Source: a virus
Taxonomy: Duplodnaviria; Caudoviricetes
IMG/VR virus record: IMGVR_UViG_3300025389_001172
Coordinates: 32,001 to 96,000 of that record
Reading direction: 5' to 3' (one strand)
Length of the DNA stretch: 64,000 nt
In this document: piece by piece, positions 1-10,020 of the stretch
How the letters are laid out: every line of letters begins with the position of its first letter
Position numbering within the stretch: position 1 is the first letter of the stretch
Notes under the pieces: generated by a model
Told to the model about the DNA's origin: nothing
The model's database searches: none
What the model saw: only the letters and a program-made list of their open reading frames with translations
Position numbers and translations under genes: made by a program

Positions 1-846
1 TAGTCCCTGTTTAATAACTAACACAGCTGAATCTTTCTGTTCTTCGCTATCGCCAAACAGATCTATATTGGTATACATCCAAGTATAGAGTTCTTCGATT
101 TCCTCTGGACGGATACGACCACAGATCAGTCGACGAGCCGCTTGTATGTTACCCTGCTTGAATAATTCTATCATTTCAATCTTGTAATCCCCACCACCTG
201 TTTCGTCCACAGTAGGACTGACCAATCGACCGTCTGTGGTATTCTGTTGTACCTGATTGATACACTTTCTCAAATCGGGATATGTTAATTTCACATAGGT
301 GTCTAAGGTATCTAGATCAAACTCTACATTCTCTGTGACTAGGATAGTGGCCACACGAGCAGTAAACTCTGTCTGATCAGTTTTCTCGACATGGAATCCT
401 TGGCAACGACTGTGCAGTGCTGGAATGATACGATTGGGATAGTTGCAGGTCAGGATGAATCTGCTGGTTGAGCTATAGGTCTCCATGACTCCACGCAAGA
501 TAGCCTGGGCACCGGGAGTCAGGTAATCAGCCTCATCTAACAAGACGATCTTGTAGGGACTGAAAGGAATCATCTGCACGAAGTTGACGATCTTGTCACG
601 AACAGTTTCTACATTGTTTTCACGTGACGCATTGATCTCTAAGACATCATAATCTTCTATGCCCAGTTCATTGATCAGGACCTTGGCCAGTGTGGTCTTG
701 CCGATACCTGCCGCACCACTGAACAACAGGTGTGGTATGGCCTTTTCTTTGACCCAAGATTCTACCTGTCGTTTCTGTCCTGCATCCTTGAACACATAGT
801 CGGCGATGGTCTTTGGCCTATATAATTCTGTCCACAATTCTTTCAT
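1..846 (-). CDS. Clamp loader AAA+ subunit (RFC small subunit / T4 gp44-like), runs off the window start
   Basis: Manual translation: MKELWTELYRPKT, Walker A FSGAAGIGKTT, EINAS, Walker B LLDEAD, FILTCNY, SRC motif. Confidence 0.92.
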   Translation of the reverse strand, partial: MKELWTELYRPKTIADYVFKDAGQKRQVESWVKEKAIPHLLFSGAAGIGKTTLAKVLINELGIEDYDVLEINASRENNVETVRDKIVNFVQMIPFSPYKIVLLDEADYLTPGAQAILRGVMETYSSTSRFILTCNYPNRIIPALHSRCQGFHVEKTDQTEFTARVATILVTENVEFDLDTLDTYVKLTYPDLRKCINQVQQNTTDGRLVSPTVDETGGGDYKIEMIELFKQGNIQAARRLICGRIRPEEIEELYTWMYTNIDLFGDSEEQKDSAVLVIKQGL

Positions 847-1028
847 ACTAGATCCTTAAACATTGTTTTACGTCCTTCTTCTCCTAAATGGAGATCGAAT
901 ACTTCTCTCACACGCTGTAGCATGGCACAGGCCATCATCAGTTGATCCTCTCGGCCATCACACATCATCAACTGCTGTTCTACAGGCATCATCAATTCAC
1001 TCATACGGCTTTCTATCGGGCTCATCAA
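843..1028 (-). CDS. Hypothetical protein
   Basis: 61-aa ORF overlapping the clamp loader start, same strand as neighbours. Confidence 0.55.
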   Translation of the reverse strand: MMSPIESRMSELMMPVEQQLMMCDGREDQLMMACAMLQRVREVFDLHLGEEGRKTMFKDLV

Positions 1029-1187
1029 AACCCTCTAAACCAGTTTATTAAATTATATATTCTAGCCTTGTAGTTGTCATTTAATATTTCTTTTAACATG
1101 CTCGGTCGGTGTGGGCAACGACCCTGATACCAGGTACAGGTTTGTATAAGTTCTTCGGTCAAGGGCAATCCGCAATTTTTACATTTA

Positions 1188-1493
1188 TCAGCCACGTAAC
1201 GTCTCCATAGTAATAATCTTGCCTATTTCTTCACCGAGATCCTTGTCGTCGGTTATGATGTGTAATCGATAGTTGTTGTCATCGCTCTTGCGATCGTAGC
1301 AACGAGTTTCTACGATGGTTCCGCCTGCGGCTCTATATATGCTTAAATTCATAGGTGATGTGTTCAAACCGCTGGTGTCAATATGTAGAGCTTCGTGGTC
1401 AGCTACACTGCCGTCATCCATCAACCAATCTCTAAATCTTTCTTTGAGACTGGGTCGTTTCAATCTAATAGTACTGGTTCCTCGTCTGCCCAT
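1188..1493 (-). CDS. Hypothetical protein
   Basis: 101-aa ORF coupled to the upstream gene (TAATG). Confidence 0.65.
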   Translation of the reverse strand: MGRRGTSTIRLKRPSLKERFRDWLMDDGSVADHEALHIDTSGLNTSPMNLSIYRAAGGTIVETRCYDRKSDDNNYRLHIITDDKDLGEEIGKIITMETLRG

Positions 1494-1975
1494 TATTTTT
1501 CGCCTTTCAATATCTTGTTCTGTTCTGCGATAACCACACGTTTTCTCAGACTGCTGGAGCTGAACGAATGATCTCTACCATTGAATACCAAATCGATATT
1601 ACGATTATAACACTCTTCCATACCGGTAAAATCTTTATCTCGATACTCTACACCTAATATTCTAACATCAATAGGCAGGATAAGCAAGAGATCTATGACA
1701 TCTTGTTCAGTTTGATAAACCACCACTTCATCCACATAACGGCAGGCGGCTAACTGTATCTGTCGTTCCACGATGCTCTGTACGGGTTTATTTTTGGTAT
1801 CTGGACGATCTATGGTTGGATCTGTTTGCAAGGCGGCGATCAGATAATCACAGTGGTTTTTAGCTTCGGCTAACATGGCGATATGACCAGCATGTGGACC
1901 AAGATCAAAGGTACTGAAAGTAATTCCGATCCTTTTGCCGTCTTGTTTGAGTTTTTTCACGTGATTGAATATCAT
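1493..1975 (-). CDS. Cytidylyltransferase, glycerol-3-phosphate cytidylyltransferase (TagD)-like
   Basis: TFD..HAGH (HxGH) motif, RYVDEVV, and RDHSFSSSSLR matching the RTxGISTT-type motif. Confidence 0.85.
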   Translation of the reverse strand: MIFNHVKKLKQDGKRIGITFSTFDLGPHAGHIAMLAEAKNHCDYLIAALQTDPTIDRPDTKNKPVQSIVERQIQLAACRYVDEVVVYQTEQDVIDLLLILPIDVRILGVEYRDKDFTGMEECYNRNIDLVFNGRDHSFSSSSLRKRVVIAEQNKILKGEK

Positions 1976-2256
1976 GGATTATAGTCTTCTCTCAATATGT
2001 CTAGTATCTTTTTCTGTTCTTGTTCTTTTAACCAATCCGACTCCGGTCCGAAGGTGGGACACCGTTGGATAGCATCTTCTACTATCCATTTAATCTTGTA
2101 TAGGTCCTGTTTAGCCATCCACTGTGTAAACCCATCATTTTGAGGGGCAGTAGACTCCATCCTGGCTATATTGATCTGTCGGGCTACGTTGGCAACGTCC
2201 CAGTTCTTTTTGAATCCCATACTACAACTATAGCATGGGCATCGCATATATGTCAA
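1972..2256 (-). CDS. Hypothetical protein
   Basis: ORF in the co-directional operon; start probably at MGFKK. Confidence 0.6.
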   Translation of the reverse strand: MTYMRCPCYSCSMGFKKNWDVANVARQINIARMESTAPQNDGFTQWMAKQDLYKIKWIVEDAIQRCPTFGPESDWLKEQEQKKILDILREDYNP

Positions 2257-2598
2257 CTAATTTGATGCTCGATATATGTCTTCAGTCGGTCGATCATCGG
2301 TGCTCATCATGATGGCATCTCCGTCTACCATACGAACTTCTAATACCGATCCATCGTCTTGCTCTACTTCTATAGTACGAGTCCAACGACCATGTTCGAC
2401 TAGGATCCACTCTCCGATAGTCACATCTTCTTGTTCAGGACCAACAGCCCATACCCTACCCCAGCGTGGGGAGATACCTTCTGCCTTGCCATTGGCACTG
2501 GGTATATATAATCCGCCGGCTGTTTTTTGGGCACCAAACTCCATGTCTGACACAAACACCTTATCTTTTAATGGTAAAATCGTTCCTGTGATTTTCAT
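2257..2598 (-). CDS. groES: GroES/Cpn10 co-chaperonin
   Basis: PLKDKVFV, KTAGGLYIP mobile loop, GRVWAVGP, VTIGEWIL. Confidence 0.85.
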   Translation of the reverse strand: MKITGTILPLKDKVFVSDMEFGAQKTAGGLYIPSANGKAEGISPRWGRVWAVGPEQEDVTIGEWILVEHGRWTRTIEVEQDDGSVLEVRMVDGDAIMMSTDDRPTEDIYRASN

Positions 2599-2895
2599 TT
2601 ATTCTCCTGCTTTGGATTTTTTAACAGGCACAAATTCTTCACCTTCTTCTAGAGCAGGCTCTGGTGCAGGCTGTACAGCTACAGGTTTAGCCTGGCGAGC
2701 CGCTGGCTGTGCCGCTGGATTATCTTCGTAGTAGGCCGCTACTATGTCTTCACGTTTACGTATGATCTTTCCCCCAGGTCCTAACTCATCTCCCCTCGCA
2801 TTTACCCGCATATTTCCAATAGCTGGCATTAGTTCGTTCTGACTGATCAATTTGTCCATGTCGATAGTCTTACCTTGCATTGTTCTTCTTGACAT
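2599..2895 (-). CDS. Hypothetical protein
   Basis: 98-aa ORF with an AAGGAG RBS. Confidence 0.7.
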   Translation of the reverse strand: MSRRTMQGKTIDMDKLISQNELMPAIGNMRVNARGDELGPGGKIIRKREDIVAAYYEDNPAAQPAARQAKPVAVQPAPEPALEEGEEFVPVKKSKAGE

Positions 2896-2905
2896 TGTGT
2901 TCTCC

Positions 2906-3424
2906 TTATTTTAAGAATTCTCTTATATCTAATTCATACTTGATAGAATCAACCTTATGGACTCCTATCAAATATAATACATAACTGGCCACACTGCTTC
3001 CCCTACCTACACCCCATACGATATCGTTTTTACGCATGGTATCTACTAAGTATTTAATGTACTTGAGTAGGTCAATCATGTTATGTTGGGCAAAGAGTTT
3101 TAATTCCTCAGTGACGCGATCTTTTTGTTCCGGAGTCCGACATTCGTAGTATAACCAATCTACGATATCATGCAGTCTATATTCTTCGGGCATGTACCAT
3201 TGACTCTGATTCTGTTGATCAAATTCCTCAACAGTCATATCTGGTATTACCAATTCTTCTAGTGCTGGAAATCTATCACCTAACAGTGCTCGGGCCTGAT
3301 TGAATACGGAACGATCGGGTTCGGAGATGTATACACCTGTTAGAGATTTGATTTTACCAGAGTATAGGCTATCTACAGCTTCATCAGCAGTTATCTCAAC
3401 CTGTCCATATTCATTGATCTTCAT
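2906..3424 (-). CDS. DNA polymerase III alpha (DnaE)-like fragment
   Basis: GVGRGSSVASYVLYLIGVHKVDSIKYEL matches the DnaE GRGSxAGSLVAYxLGITxVDP motif; ends before PDIDIDF. Confidence 0.8.
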   Translation of the reverse strand: MKINEYGQVEITADEAVDSLYSGKIKSLTGVYISEPDRSVFNQARALLGDRFPALEELVIPDMTVEEFDQQNQSQWYMPEEYRLHDIVDWLYYECRTPEQKDRVTEELKLFAQHNMIDLLKYIKYLVDTMRKNDIVWGVGRGSSVASYVLYLIGVHKVDSIKYELDIREFLK

Positions 3425-3430
3425 CTAGTC

Positions 3431-3459
3431 ATTATAACACCATTGACGATCAGTGTCAA
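3431..3459 (-). promoter_or_regulatory. Sigma70-type promoter; probably leaderless mRNA for the DnaE fragment
   Basis: TTGACA-N17-TATAAT, with ATG 6 nt after the -10. Confidence 0.7.
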
Positions 3460-3725
3460 TCTACATTGATGAGACTGTCCAGATCACCGTTTTGTTTTTT
3501 CATGGTGTCAGCCATGGCCCTTGCCTGTCGGCGATGTTGTTCTGCCTTGTAGGCATCTAGGATCAGTGATATCTGTTGGCAGGCCATTCCCTGTCCCATA
3601 CGAGCGGCTATGCCATATTTCTTGCCCAGATCTAGTATCTTGGCATCGAGGTCTTGGTCTTTTAGCAAGCTGGGATCATCTAATAGTGGATGGAACATGT
3701 TTATACTTATCAGGCTGTTAGCCAC
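3456..3725 (-). CDS. Hypothetical protein
   Basis: Helical ORF; start probably at MFHPLL. Confidence 0.6.
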   Translation of the reverse strand: MANSLISINMFHPLLDDPSLLKDQDLDAKILDLGKKYGIAARMGQGMACQQISLILDAYKAEQHRRQARAMADTMKKQNGDLDSLINVD

Positions 3726-5512
3726 TTGTAGATAAAATATAGTGATCGATACTGTGGCAAGTTGCTATAGGCACTGGTTGTTCCTGTACTATCTACAGTG
3801 ATACGAGTCTCTAGTTCTATTCCTGTTCCTTGGCTAGGAGTATGTCCTTGTTTATCGCTGAAGGTATATTCTGGACTGGTCAGCCATTGTGCCGCGATGG
3901 CTGTGGCTTCTGAAGTAAATCCCCAATATATCTTTTCTTGTGGAGAAGGATCATAAGGTCCTTCTACATTATTGGTAGGATCTGGAAATGGACTTGTGGT
4001 ATTAGGCCCTACAGCAAGGTGGTGATGTCCTGGATCATGTACTGCAAATGTTGTAGCAGTCCCTAAGTGTGTATGAGATTGAAGTACACCCTGCGTGCTA
4101 CCACCTTGGGTGATCTGATGATTCCTATAGTCAGTTACAGTTGGAACACCATTTAATTCGCTATCGGCACCTACTACAAACTGATTACGTAGATCTGGTA
4201 CAGTGGTACCATTGGGAGCGATACTGCCATCACATAACCACCAACCATACGGAATCTTTGTTCTACTCTTTGACCACATGATGATACTTCCAGCGGGCAA
4301 CCATTGATGAGCTATTCCTACAGTAACTATATCGTTTGAGCTGGTATTGGTTATAGTAGTTGATACCTTAAATTCTACGGTATTGAGGTCAGTTCCATTT
4401 GGATCGGCATAGGTAACCTGTAGAGTATTTTGATCTGCATATACAGTGCCTTTGAGATTATATGCAGATCCTGTAGATACAGATCCATAATAATCGATTG
4501 ACGCAATGTCAGACATAGTCATCACTGTAGGTTGAGGAAATTGATTACCGATAAATGTTACAGTATCACCAACATTGGTATAACCGATATCAAAAGGACC
4601 AGTTAAATTTACTAATGTTCCCACGGTATTGGCCACTGTGTAATAAGATGTTGTCCCTGCAAATCTTACCCTGTCTCCAGGATATACTCCTGTCGTATCT
4701 GTGACTCCTATGCTATAAGCAGTACCTCCGGCGATTCCTACTAGGGTTCCAGTGACCACCGCCTGTGTTATCCTTGGAACTAATCCGATATTGCCAGTGG
4801 CTGTGCTGGTTTGGTTTATTCCGGAAACTACTACATTTTTTAGGTTATTGACAGTATAGGTTAATATCCCTAGAGTCAGCGTGTTGAATGAGGCTGTGTC
4901 TCCGAGTAATGTATCACTGCTCACAGTTGCGTTTAATTTGGGATAGATGATATCTTGGCTGATCTTTTTTACATAGATATAAGGAATATCTCCGGTATAA
5001 TCATTCCATAATTTGAAAAAATAGGGAGTCGAAGAACCTAGATTGAATGGTTGATCTTCTGGACCTAAGCTAATCACAGTAGCTTCATCGCTGATAAATG
5101 TTACAGTGGTATCTGCTGTAGTAGTGGATATACTAACCGTTAATACACCTGTACCTGTATTACTGGGCATATTTTGTATACTGAGTGAATGGTTTCCACT
5201 GTTTAACAGAGTTATCGGCCAATAGTTAGCCCGACTATAATCGATAATACTGGTGCCATATCCTGGTAAGGCCGCAGAAATATTACCATGTTCTAAATTT
5301 ACATTTATAAAATTGTAACCATTGATGTCATTGTCTATAAAATGTTTTACAGTCAGAGTAGACAATTCATCTATGCTGGTATTGATTGTTTTTAATGCAG
5401 ATTGTATATCACGGAAATTATTTCGAAATCCCTGGCTATCGTTGCGCTGTCCGGCAACAGGAAAATTTTCATTGATAGCAAGTATATAGATGCTGGCTGT
5501 TGATGTATTCAC
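3710..5512 (-). CDS. Tail fibre / baseplate protein with phage tail-collar domain
   Basis: LPAGSIIMWS..IPYGWWLCDG..PDLRNQFVVGA collar motif; HTH/DPGHHH metal-binding repeats; NLPQY C-terminus. Confidence 0.85.
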   Translation of the reverse strand: MNTSTASIYILAINENFPVAGQRNDSQGFRNNFRDIQSALKTINTSIDELSTLTVKHFIDNDINGYNFINVNLEHGNISAALPGYGTSIIDYSRANYWPITLLNSGNHSLSIQNMPSNTGTGVLTVSISTTTADTTVTFISDEATVISLGPEDQPFNLGSSTPYFFKLWNDYTGDIPYIYVKKISQDIIYPKLNATVSSDTLLGDTASFNTLTLGILTYTVNNLKNVVVSGINQTSTATGNIGLVPRITQAVVTGTLVGIAGGTAYSIGVTDTTGVYPGDRVRFAGTTSYYTVANTVGTLVNLTGPFDIGYTNVGDTVTFIGNQFPQPTVMTMSDIASIDYYGSVSTGSAYNLKGTVYADQNTLQVTYADPNGTDLNTVEFKVSTTITNTSSNDIVTVGIAHQWLPAGSIIMWSKSRTKIPYGWWLCDGSIAPNGTTVPDLRNQFVVGADSELNGVPTVTDYRNHQITQGGSTQGVLQSHTHLGTATTFAVHDPGHHHLAVGPNTTSPFPDPTNNVEGPYDPSPQEKIYWGFTSEATAIAAQWLTSPEYTFSDKQGHTPSQGTGIELETRITVDSTGTTSAYSNLPQYRSLYFIYKWLTA

Positions 5513-5527
5513 AGTGGCTCCGGACGA

Positions 5528-7336
5528 TTACCCTATCCACTTATAGATATAATATAAGGCCATATAAGGAGGAAGATTAGCGTAAGCTCCACTGTCAGTA
5601 CCGGTGCTTTCTATAGTGATATTGGTTTGCAAGACTACACCGCCCCCCACTGGAGTAGATCCCTGTTGATCTTGGAATGTATATTCTTTACTGGTATACC
5701 ATTGTACAGCATTGGCGGCGGTATATTCGTCAAATCCCCACCATGTCTGACCTACAGGAGCATTACCGTAAGGACCGTTAGGATTAGGAGTAGCTCCTGA
5801 CTTTTGGTTGGCACCTACGCTGGCGTGTTGATGACCGGGATCACTTACAGCAAAGGTTGTACCTGTGCCAATATGGTTGTGTGATACAATAACACTAGTT
5901 GATGTTCCGCCGCTGATAGTTTGAACTCCTGTAACTTCTGTAGCAGGCACTATTTGATTTCCCTGTATAGTATCACTAGCCGCACCTATGACAAATTGAT
6001 TTCGTAGATCTGGAGTTTGAACTCCATTTGGTGCTGTGGTACCATCACAGATAACCCAACCATATGGCAGTGCGAATTCGCTACCATACCACATGATCAC
6101 TGATCCGGAAGGTAATAGATTGTGCATAAATCCTACAGTGGCCACATCATTAGTGGCAGTGTTGCTGGTCGCTGTAGATACTGTGATGCTGAAGGTATTA
6201 GGAGTGACTCCGTCTGGATCAGCATAGGTGACCTGTAGGCTGGTACTATTGGCATAGACAGTGCCTTTGAGATTACGTGCCGCACCTGGAGTCACAGTAC
6301 CGAATTTATCCAATGCCGGGATAGTACTGAACTGCATGGTTGTGGCCTGTGTGGCAGTAAACTGCGGATTGATGAATGTTATGCTCTGGCCTATCTGTGT
6401 ATAATGCACATTGTACTGATTGGTTGTGTATACAGTGTTTCCGCCTACGCTGGCCACGGTATATGGTGTGTTAGTACCTGCGAAATATACCTTGGCTCCT
6501 GCACGTATACCCACTGGATTGAATATGCTGACCTGGTTGGTCAAACCACCTGGAGGACTGCTAGGGACATTAGTTATTTCTGTAGTGACTATGTTAGGTA
6601 ATAGAGCTATATTACCGTAGTATGATCCATCTGATACAACAGTAGCTCCGTAGGAACCTGCGAATGTGCCTGTGGTAAATGTATTACCACCTATAGTCAG
6701 TGAACGATTGAATACAGCACTGCCGCCTGTATAGGTAGTAGCATTGACTATGCCATTGAGATATGCCGCGTCGGCTATGCCTTCTGATAATTTTTTAACA
6801 TAGATTTTAGAATCAACTGAGGTTGAATCATTCCATATCTCAAATAAACATGGAGTACTGGTAGATATGCCAAATGGTTGAGGACCAGGACCTACACTGA
6901 TCACTGTGCCTACAGTAGCGGTAAATTGTACGTTGGTATATTGGCTGTCGGCCATGACACTGACTATCATGTTTCCTGATCTCTGCGCCTGTGGCATGTT
7001 AGTTATAGTGAGTATATTGTTGCCATTGTTAGGCAATATCACAGGCCAGAAAGTAGCAGTGGTATAGTCTAGGTTGACAGTGCCATCTGTGACACCGGCT
7101 ATGGGTGTACTGGCATTGACCAGATTGACATTCTTGATGGCGTAGCCACCGAAGTCGTTGTCTTGATTGGTCAACAGAGCTGTGATTTGTAAATTTACCA
7201 GATCTATATTAGTCGCACTGATTGCGGCTTTTATATTGCTAAAATTATTCCTAAAGCCTTGGCTGTCATTATTCTGTCCAGCGACGGGATAATTTGCATT
7301 GATAGATTGTATGTAGTAACTTGCTGTGGTGCTCAA
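5528..7336 (-). CDS. Tail fibre / baseplate protein with tail-collar domain, paralog of 3710..5512
   Basis: Same N-terminus (PVAGQxNDSQGFRNNF); LPSGSVIMW..GWVICDG..PDLRNQFVIGA; NLPPYMALYYI. Confidence 0.85.
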   Translation of the reverse strand: MSTTASYYIQSINANYPVAGQNNDSQGFRNNFSNIKAAISATNIDLVNLQITALLTNQDNDFGGYAIKNVNLVNASTPIAGVTDGTVNLDYTTATFWPVILPNNGNNILTITNMPQAQRSGNMIVSVMADSQYTNVQFTATVGTVISVGPGPQPFGISTSTPCLFEIWNDSTSVDSKIYVKKLSEGIADAAYLNGIVNATTYTGGSAVFNRSLTIGGNTFTTGTFAGSYGATVVSDGSYYGNIALLPNIVTTEITNVPSSPPGGLTNQVSIFNPVGIRAGAKVYFAGTNTPYTVASVGGNTVYTTNQYNVHYTQIGQSITFINPQFTATQATTMQFSTIPALDKFGTVTPGAARNLKGTVYANSTSLQVTYADPDGVTPNTFSITVSTATSNTATNDVATVGFMHNLLPSGSVIMWYGSEFALPYGWVICDGTTAPNGVQTPDLRNQFVIGAASDTIQGNQIVPATEVTGVQTISGGTSTSVIVSHNHIGTGTTFAVSDPGHQHASVGANQKSGATPNPNGPYGNAPVGQTWWGFDEYTAANAVQWYTSKEYTFQDQQGSTPVGGGVVLQTNITIESTGTDSGAYANLPPYMALYYIYKWIG

Positions 7337-7352
7337 CTTATAAACTCCGTGT

Positions 7353-9113
7353 TCAAGGTAGTTTCTTCTTTATATCGTCTAGTTCAGATTTAAGTTCTCG
7401 GATAGCGGCAAAGGCTAATGCACAGAGTTTTTCGTAATCGACTGCTAATTGTCCATTAGATCTCGTTCTTACTGCTAGAGGGAATACTGATTGAACATCC
7501 TGAGCTATCACTCCAAAATCATGTTTACGTACATAATAAGGATCGGTCCCGCCTTGTGCGTTGAGATAATCGTCAGTCCAATCAAAGGTCTTACCACCGA
7601 TAAATGCTACAGCATCTAGAGCATTCTGGATATCTGCGATATTTTCTTTGAGGTTGCGATCTGAACTATAGTAGCTATAGATATCACCCCAGGCATAGAT
7701 ATTACCATAGCCTGCACCTGAGTTTACGTTGTCTACATTTAGGTTTCCATCGATGGTGATGTTGCCCGTGCCAGCAGTACTGTTTATATAACCTACTGCA
7801 CCTACACCTGCTATGGTTCCATTGTTATTGTATAAAAGTGTTGTGTTTGGTGCAAGAGTGAGAGATATACTTCCCACGTATCCTGCGATACCCTTGCTGC
7901 CTGTAAACCCTACATCACCTCGGCTACCTGTATAACCATCACGTCCAATGACTCCGTCGGTACCTGGATCTCCCTTACTACCCGTATATCCTATGAGGCC
8001 ATCTGCCCCTCCACTACCTGTATAACCAATATCACCTTTTGATCCTGTGTAACCGGTATCCCCACCTGGCCCTAACGAGCCTGTGTATCCAACTCCTCGT
8101 GATCCTGTATAGCCTACAGCGGCGAAGTCTCCTGGGATACCCTGGGCGCCTCGGCTGCCTGTGAATCCTATGGCTGAAAAAGCGCCCGGTGATCCTGTAT
8201 AACCTGTGGCCGAGTATCCGCCATCTTTACCCTGACTGCCCGTATAACCTTGATAAACTGAGGCACCTGAACTACCTGTAAATCCTATAGACCCTGTGTA
8301 TCCGGATCCTGAGTAACCTCGGCTACCTGTATATCCTGTTCCCCCAGATCCTGTATATCCGGATCCTGTGTAACCTCTGCTGCCAGTGAACCCATCAAAT
8401 CCGCGGCTACCATTGTATCCACTGCTACCCACATAACCTCGACCAGCATATGAACCGGAGAATCCTATGGGGCCTTGACTACCTGTGTAGCCATCGCGTC
8501 CTACATAACCCGACGAACCTGTGAAACCTACAGCGGCATACGCTCCTGAACTACCCACGTAGCCTAGCTCGCCTTTGCTACCCGTGTAGCCTAAACTGCC
8601 GATAAATCCATGGGAACCAGTGAATCCAGCTCCTTGGCTACCTGTGAAACCTATGCTACCTGCGTATCCAGGTATGGTACTGGCACTACCTGTATAACCT
8701 GCTCCCTGACTACCTGTGAAACCTACACTGCCTATGTATCCCGGTATGGTGCTAGCACTGCCTGTGTATCCTGCGCCTCGACTACCTACATAGCCTAGAT
8801 CACCTTGGCTGCCTGTATAACCTTGACTGCCTATAAATCCTATGCTACCCGTAAATCCGATACTGCCCGTGAATCCAATACTTCCCGTGAATCCGATACT
8901 GCCGGTGTAGCCTAGACTACCTGTAAATCCGATACTGCCTGTAAACCCGATACTGCCTGTGAATCCCTGTATACCTTGGCTACCACTATAGCCCCTAACC
9001 TGTAATAATGATTGGGCCTGTGATACTGTAATGGTTTGTTCGACTCCCTGGTCTACTACTACTACCAGAGTTTGTCCAGAAGTGGGGTTGATTAGTGGTG
9101 GAAAAATTGGCAT
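7353..9113 (-). CDS. Collagen-like (G-Y/F-T-G-S-x repeat) fibre with C-terminal peptidase S74 intramolecular chaperone
   Basis: Dozens of GYTGS/GFTGS repeats; SDRNLKENI cleavage motif, GVIAQDV, VDYEKL, terminal coiled coil. Confidence 0.85.
   Translation of the reverse strand: MPIFPPLINPTSGQTLVVVVDQGVEQTITVSQAQSLLQVRGYSGSQGIQGFTGSIGFTGSIGFTGSLGYTGSIGFTGSIGFTGSIGFTGSIGFIGSQGYTGSQGDLGYVGSRGAGYTGSASTIPGYIGSVGFTGSQGAGYTGSASTIPGYAGSIGFTGSQGAGFTGSHGFIGSLGYTGSKGELGYVGSSGAYAAVGFTGSSGYVGRDGYTGSQGPIGFSGSYAGRGYVGSSGYNGSRGFDGFTGSRGYTGSGYTGSGGTGYTGSRGYSGSGYTGSIGFTGSSGASVYQGYTGSQGKDGGYSATGYTGSPGAFSAIGFTGSRGAQGIPGDFAAVGYTGSRGVGYTGSLGPGGDTGYTGSKGDIGYTGSGGADGLIGYTGSKGDPGTDGVIGRDGYTGSRGDVGFTGSKGIAGYVGSISLTLAPNTTLLYNNNGTIAGVGAVGYINSTAGTGNITIDGNLNVDNVNSGAGYGNIYAWGDIYSYYSSDRNLKENIADIQNALDAVAFIGGKTFDWTDDYLNAQGGTDPYYVRKHDFGVIAQDVQSVFPLAVRTRSNGQLAVDYEKLCALAFAAIRELKSELDDIKKKLP
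8820..8965. repeat. 18-bp imperfect tandem repeat encoding GFTGSI
   Basis: Successive units such as cctgtaaatccgatactg, cctgtaaacccgatactg and cccgtgaatccgatactg. Confidence 0.75.
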
Positions 9114-9169
9114 CTTCTAGGCTCTTAATAAGTTTATAACATATTTAGCCGGAATGATAGATATCCAGT

Positions 9170-9391
9170 TTAGTGTATAGTGCGTCCTTCTGTGGCATCT
9201 ATACCGGATATACCGAATATTTTTAGGATTAACTGTATTTCTTCTGGAGGATCACCCAGGAGATCTTCTGGGTACATGATGCTTTTGAGCTCGCCATCTG
9301 CTGAGATTATGAATCCATAATCAGTAGGATCAAACTCGTCATCTTCTTCTAGTTCTAGTTCTACTGCTGGTACTGTTGTATTATTAGGCAT
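9170..9391 (-). CDS. Acidic hypothetical protein
   Basis: 73-aa ORF with a GGAG RBS. Confidence 0.6.
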   Translation of the reverse strand: MPNNTTVPAVELELEEDDEFDPTDYGFIISADGELKSIMYPEDLLGDPPEEIQLILKIFGISGIDATEGRTIH

Positions 9392-9469
9392 TATTAACTC
9401 CGAAATAGTTTTACTGCTGTGTTACCGCTGATTTATGTAAAATGCCCTCCTGCTCTGTAATTCTATTTA

Positions 9470-10009
9470 TTAGAGTCTCTGATTGATCACGTCCCAATCG
9501 ATGATTTTCCATTGATTATTTAGATATGCTTCCTTGTCCCACTTGTAGTCTAGGGACCAACTATGTTCCCACCAGTCTATCAGTAGTATGATGTCGTTCT
9601 TGATCTCGTGGTTTTTGATGGTTTTGATCTCACCGTTCTTGGCCAGATAAGCCCATCCTGATCCCTGTATTTTCATAGCAGTCTCTTTGAACCGGTCCTT
9701 GAACTGGTCAAAAGATTTCCAGTGCTCTTCGATGAACTCCTTAGATTTCCCCACAGGTTGATTTGAACCTTTGGGTGGTCTGAATTGTGTGAAATAGATA
9801 TCGTGTAAGAAAGCACCTGCTTCATTGAAATCTGGATCACCTTCACGCTTGTTGTAACGATCTACATAGGCCTTGTAGAGATGACCATAGTGATAATCTA
9901 TAGCGGCCTTGCTAAGGCTACGGCCCAATGCATCACGGGCATAAGGTAATGGAGTTTGGACTAGGTCTTTGGCCTTACCTTCGTTTAGGTATCTGATAAA
10001 ATTATACAT
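9470..10009 (-). CDS. Fe/Mn superoxide dismutase
   Basis: LPY, YHYGHLYKAYV, H ligand in FLHDIYF, GSGWAYL, DWWEHSW (DxWEHxY-like), WKIIDW. Confidence 0.9.
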   Translation of the reverse strand: MYNFIRYLNEGKAKDLVQTPLPYARDALGRSLSKAAIDYHYGHLYKAYVDRYNKREGDPDFNEAGAFLHDIYFTQFRPPKGSNQPVGKSKEFIEEHWKSFDQFKDRFKETAMKIQGSGWAYLAKNGEIKTIKNHEIKNDIILLIDWWEHSWSLDYKWDKEAYLNNQWKIIDWDVINQRL

Positions 10010-10020
10010 ATAAATATTCC

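Noticed and set aside
7860-8990. Repetitive DNA as a CRISPR array or DGR template
   Set aside because: Repeats are degenerate at third codon positions and in frame with a collagen-like protein; no spacers, cas genes or reverse transcriptase
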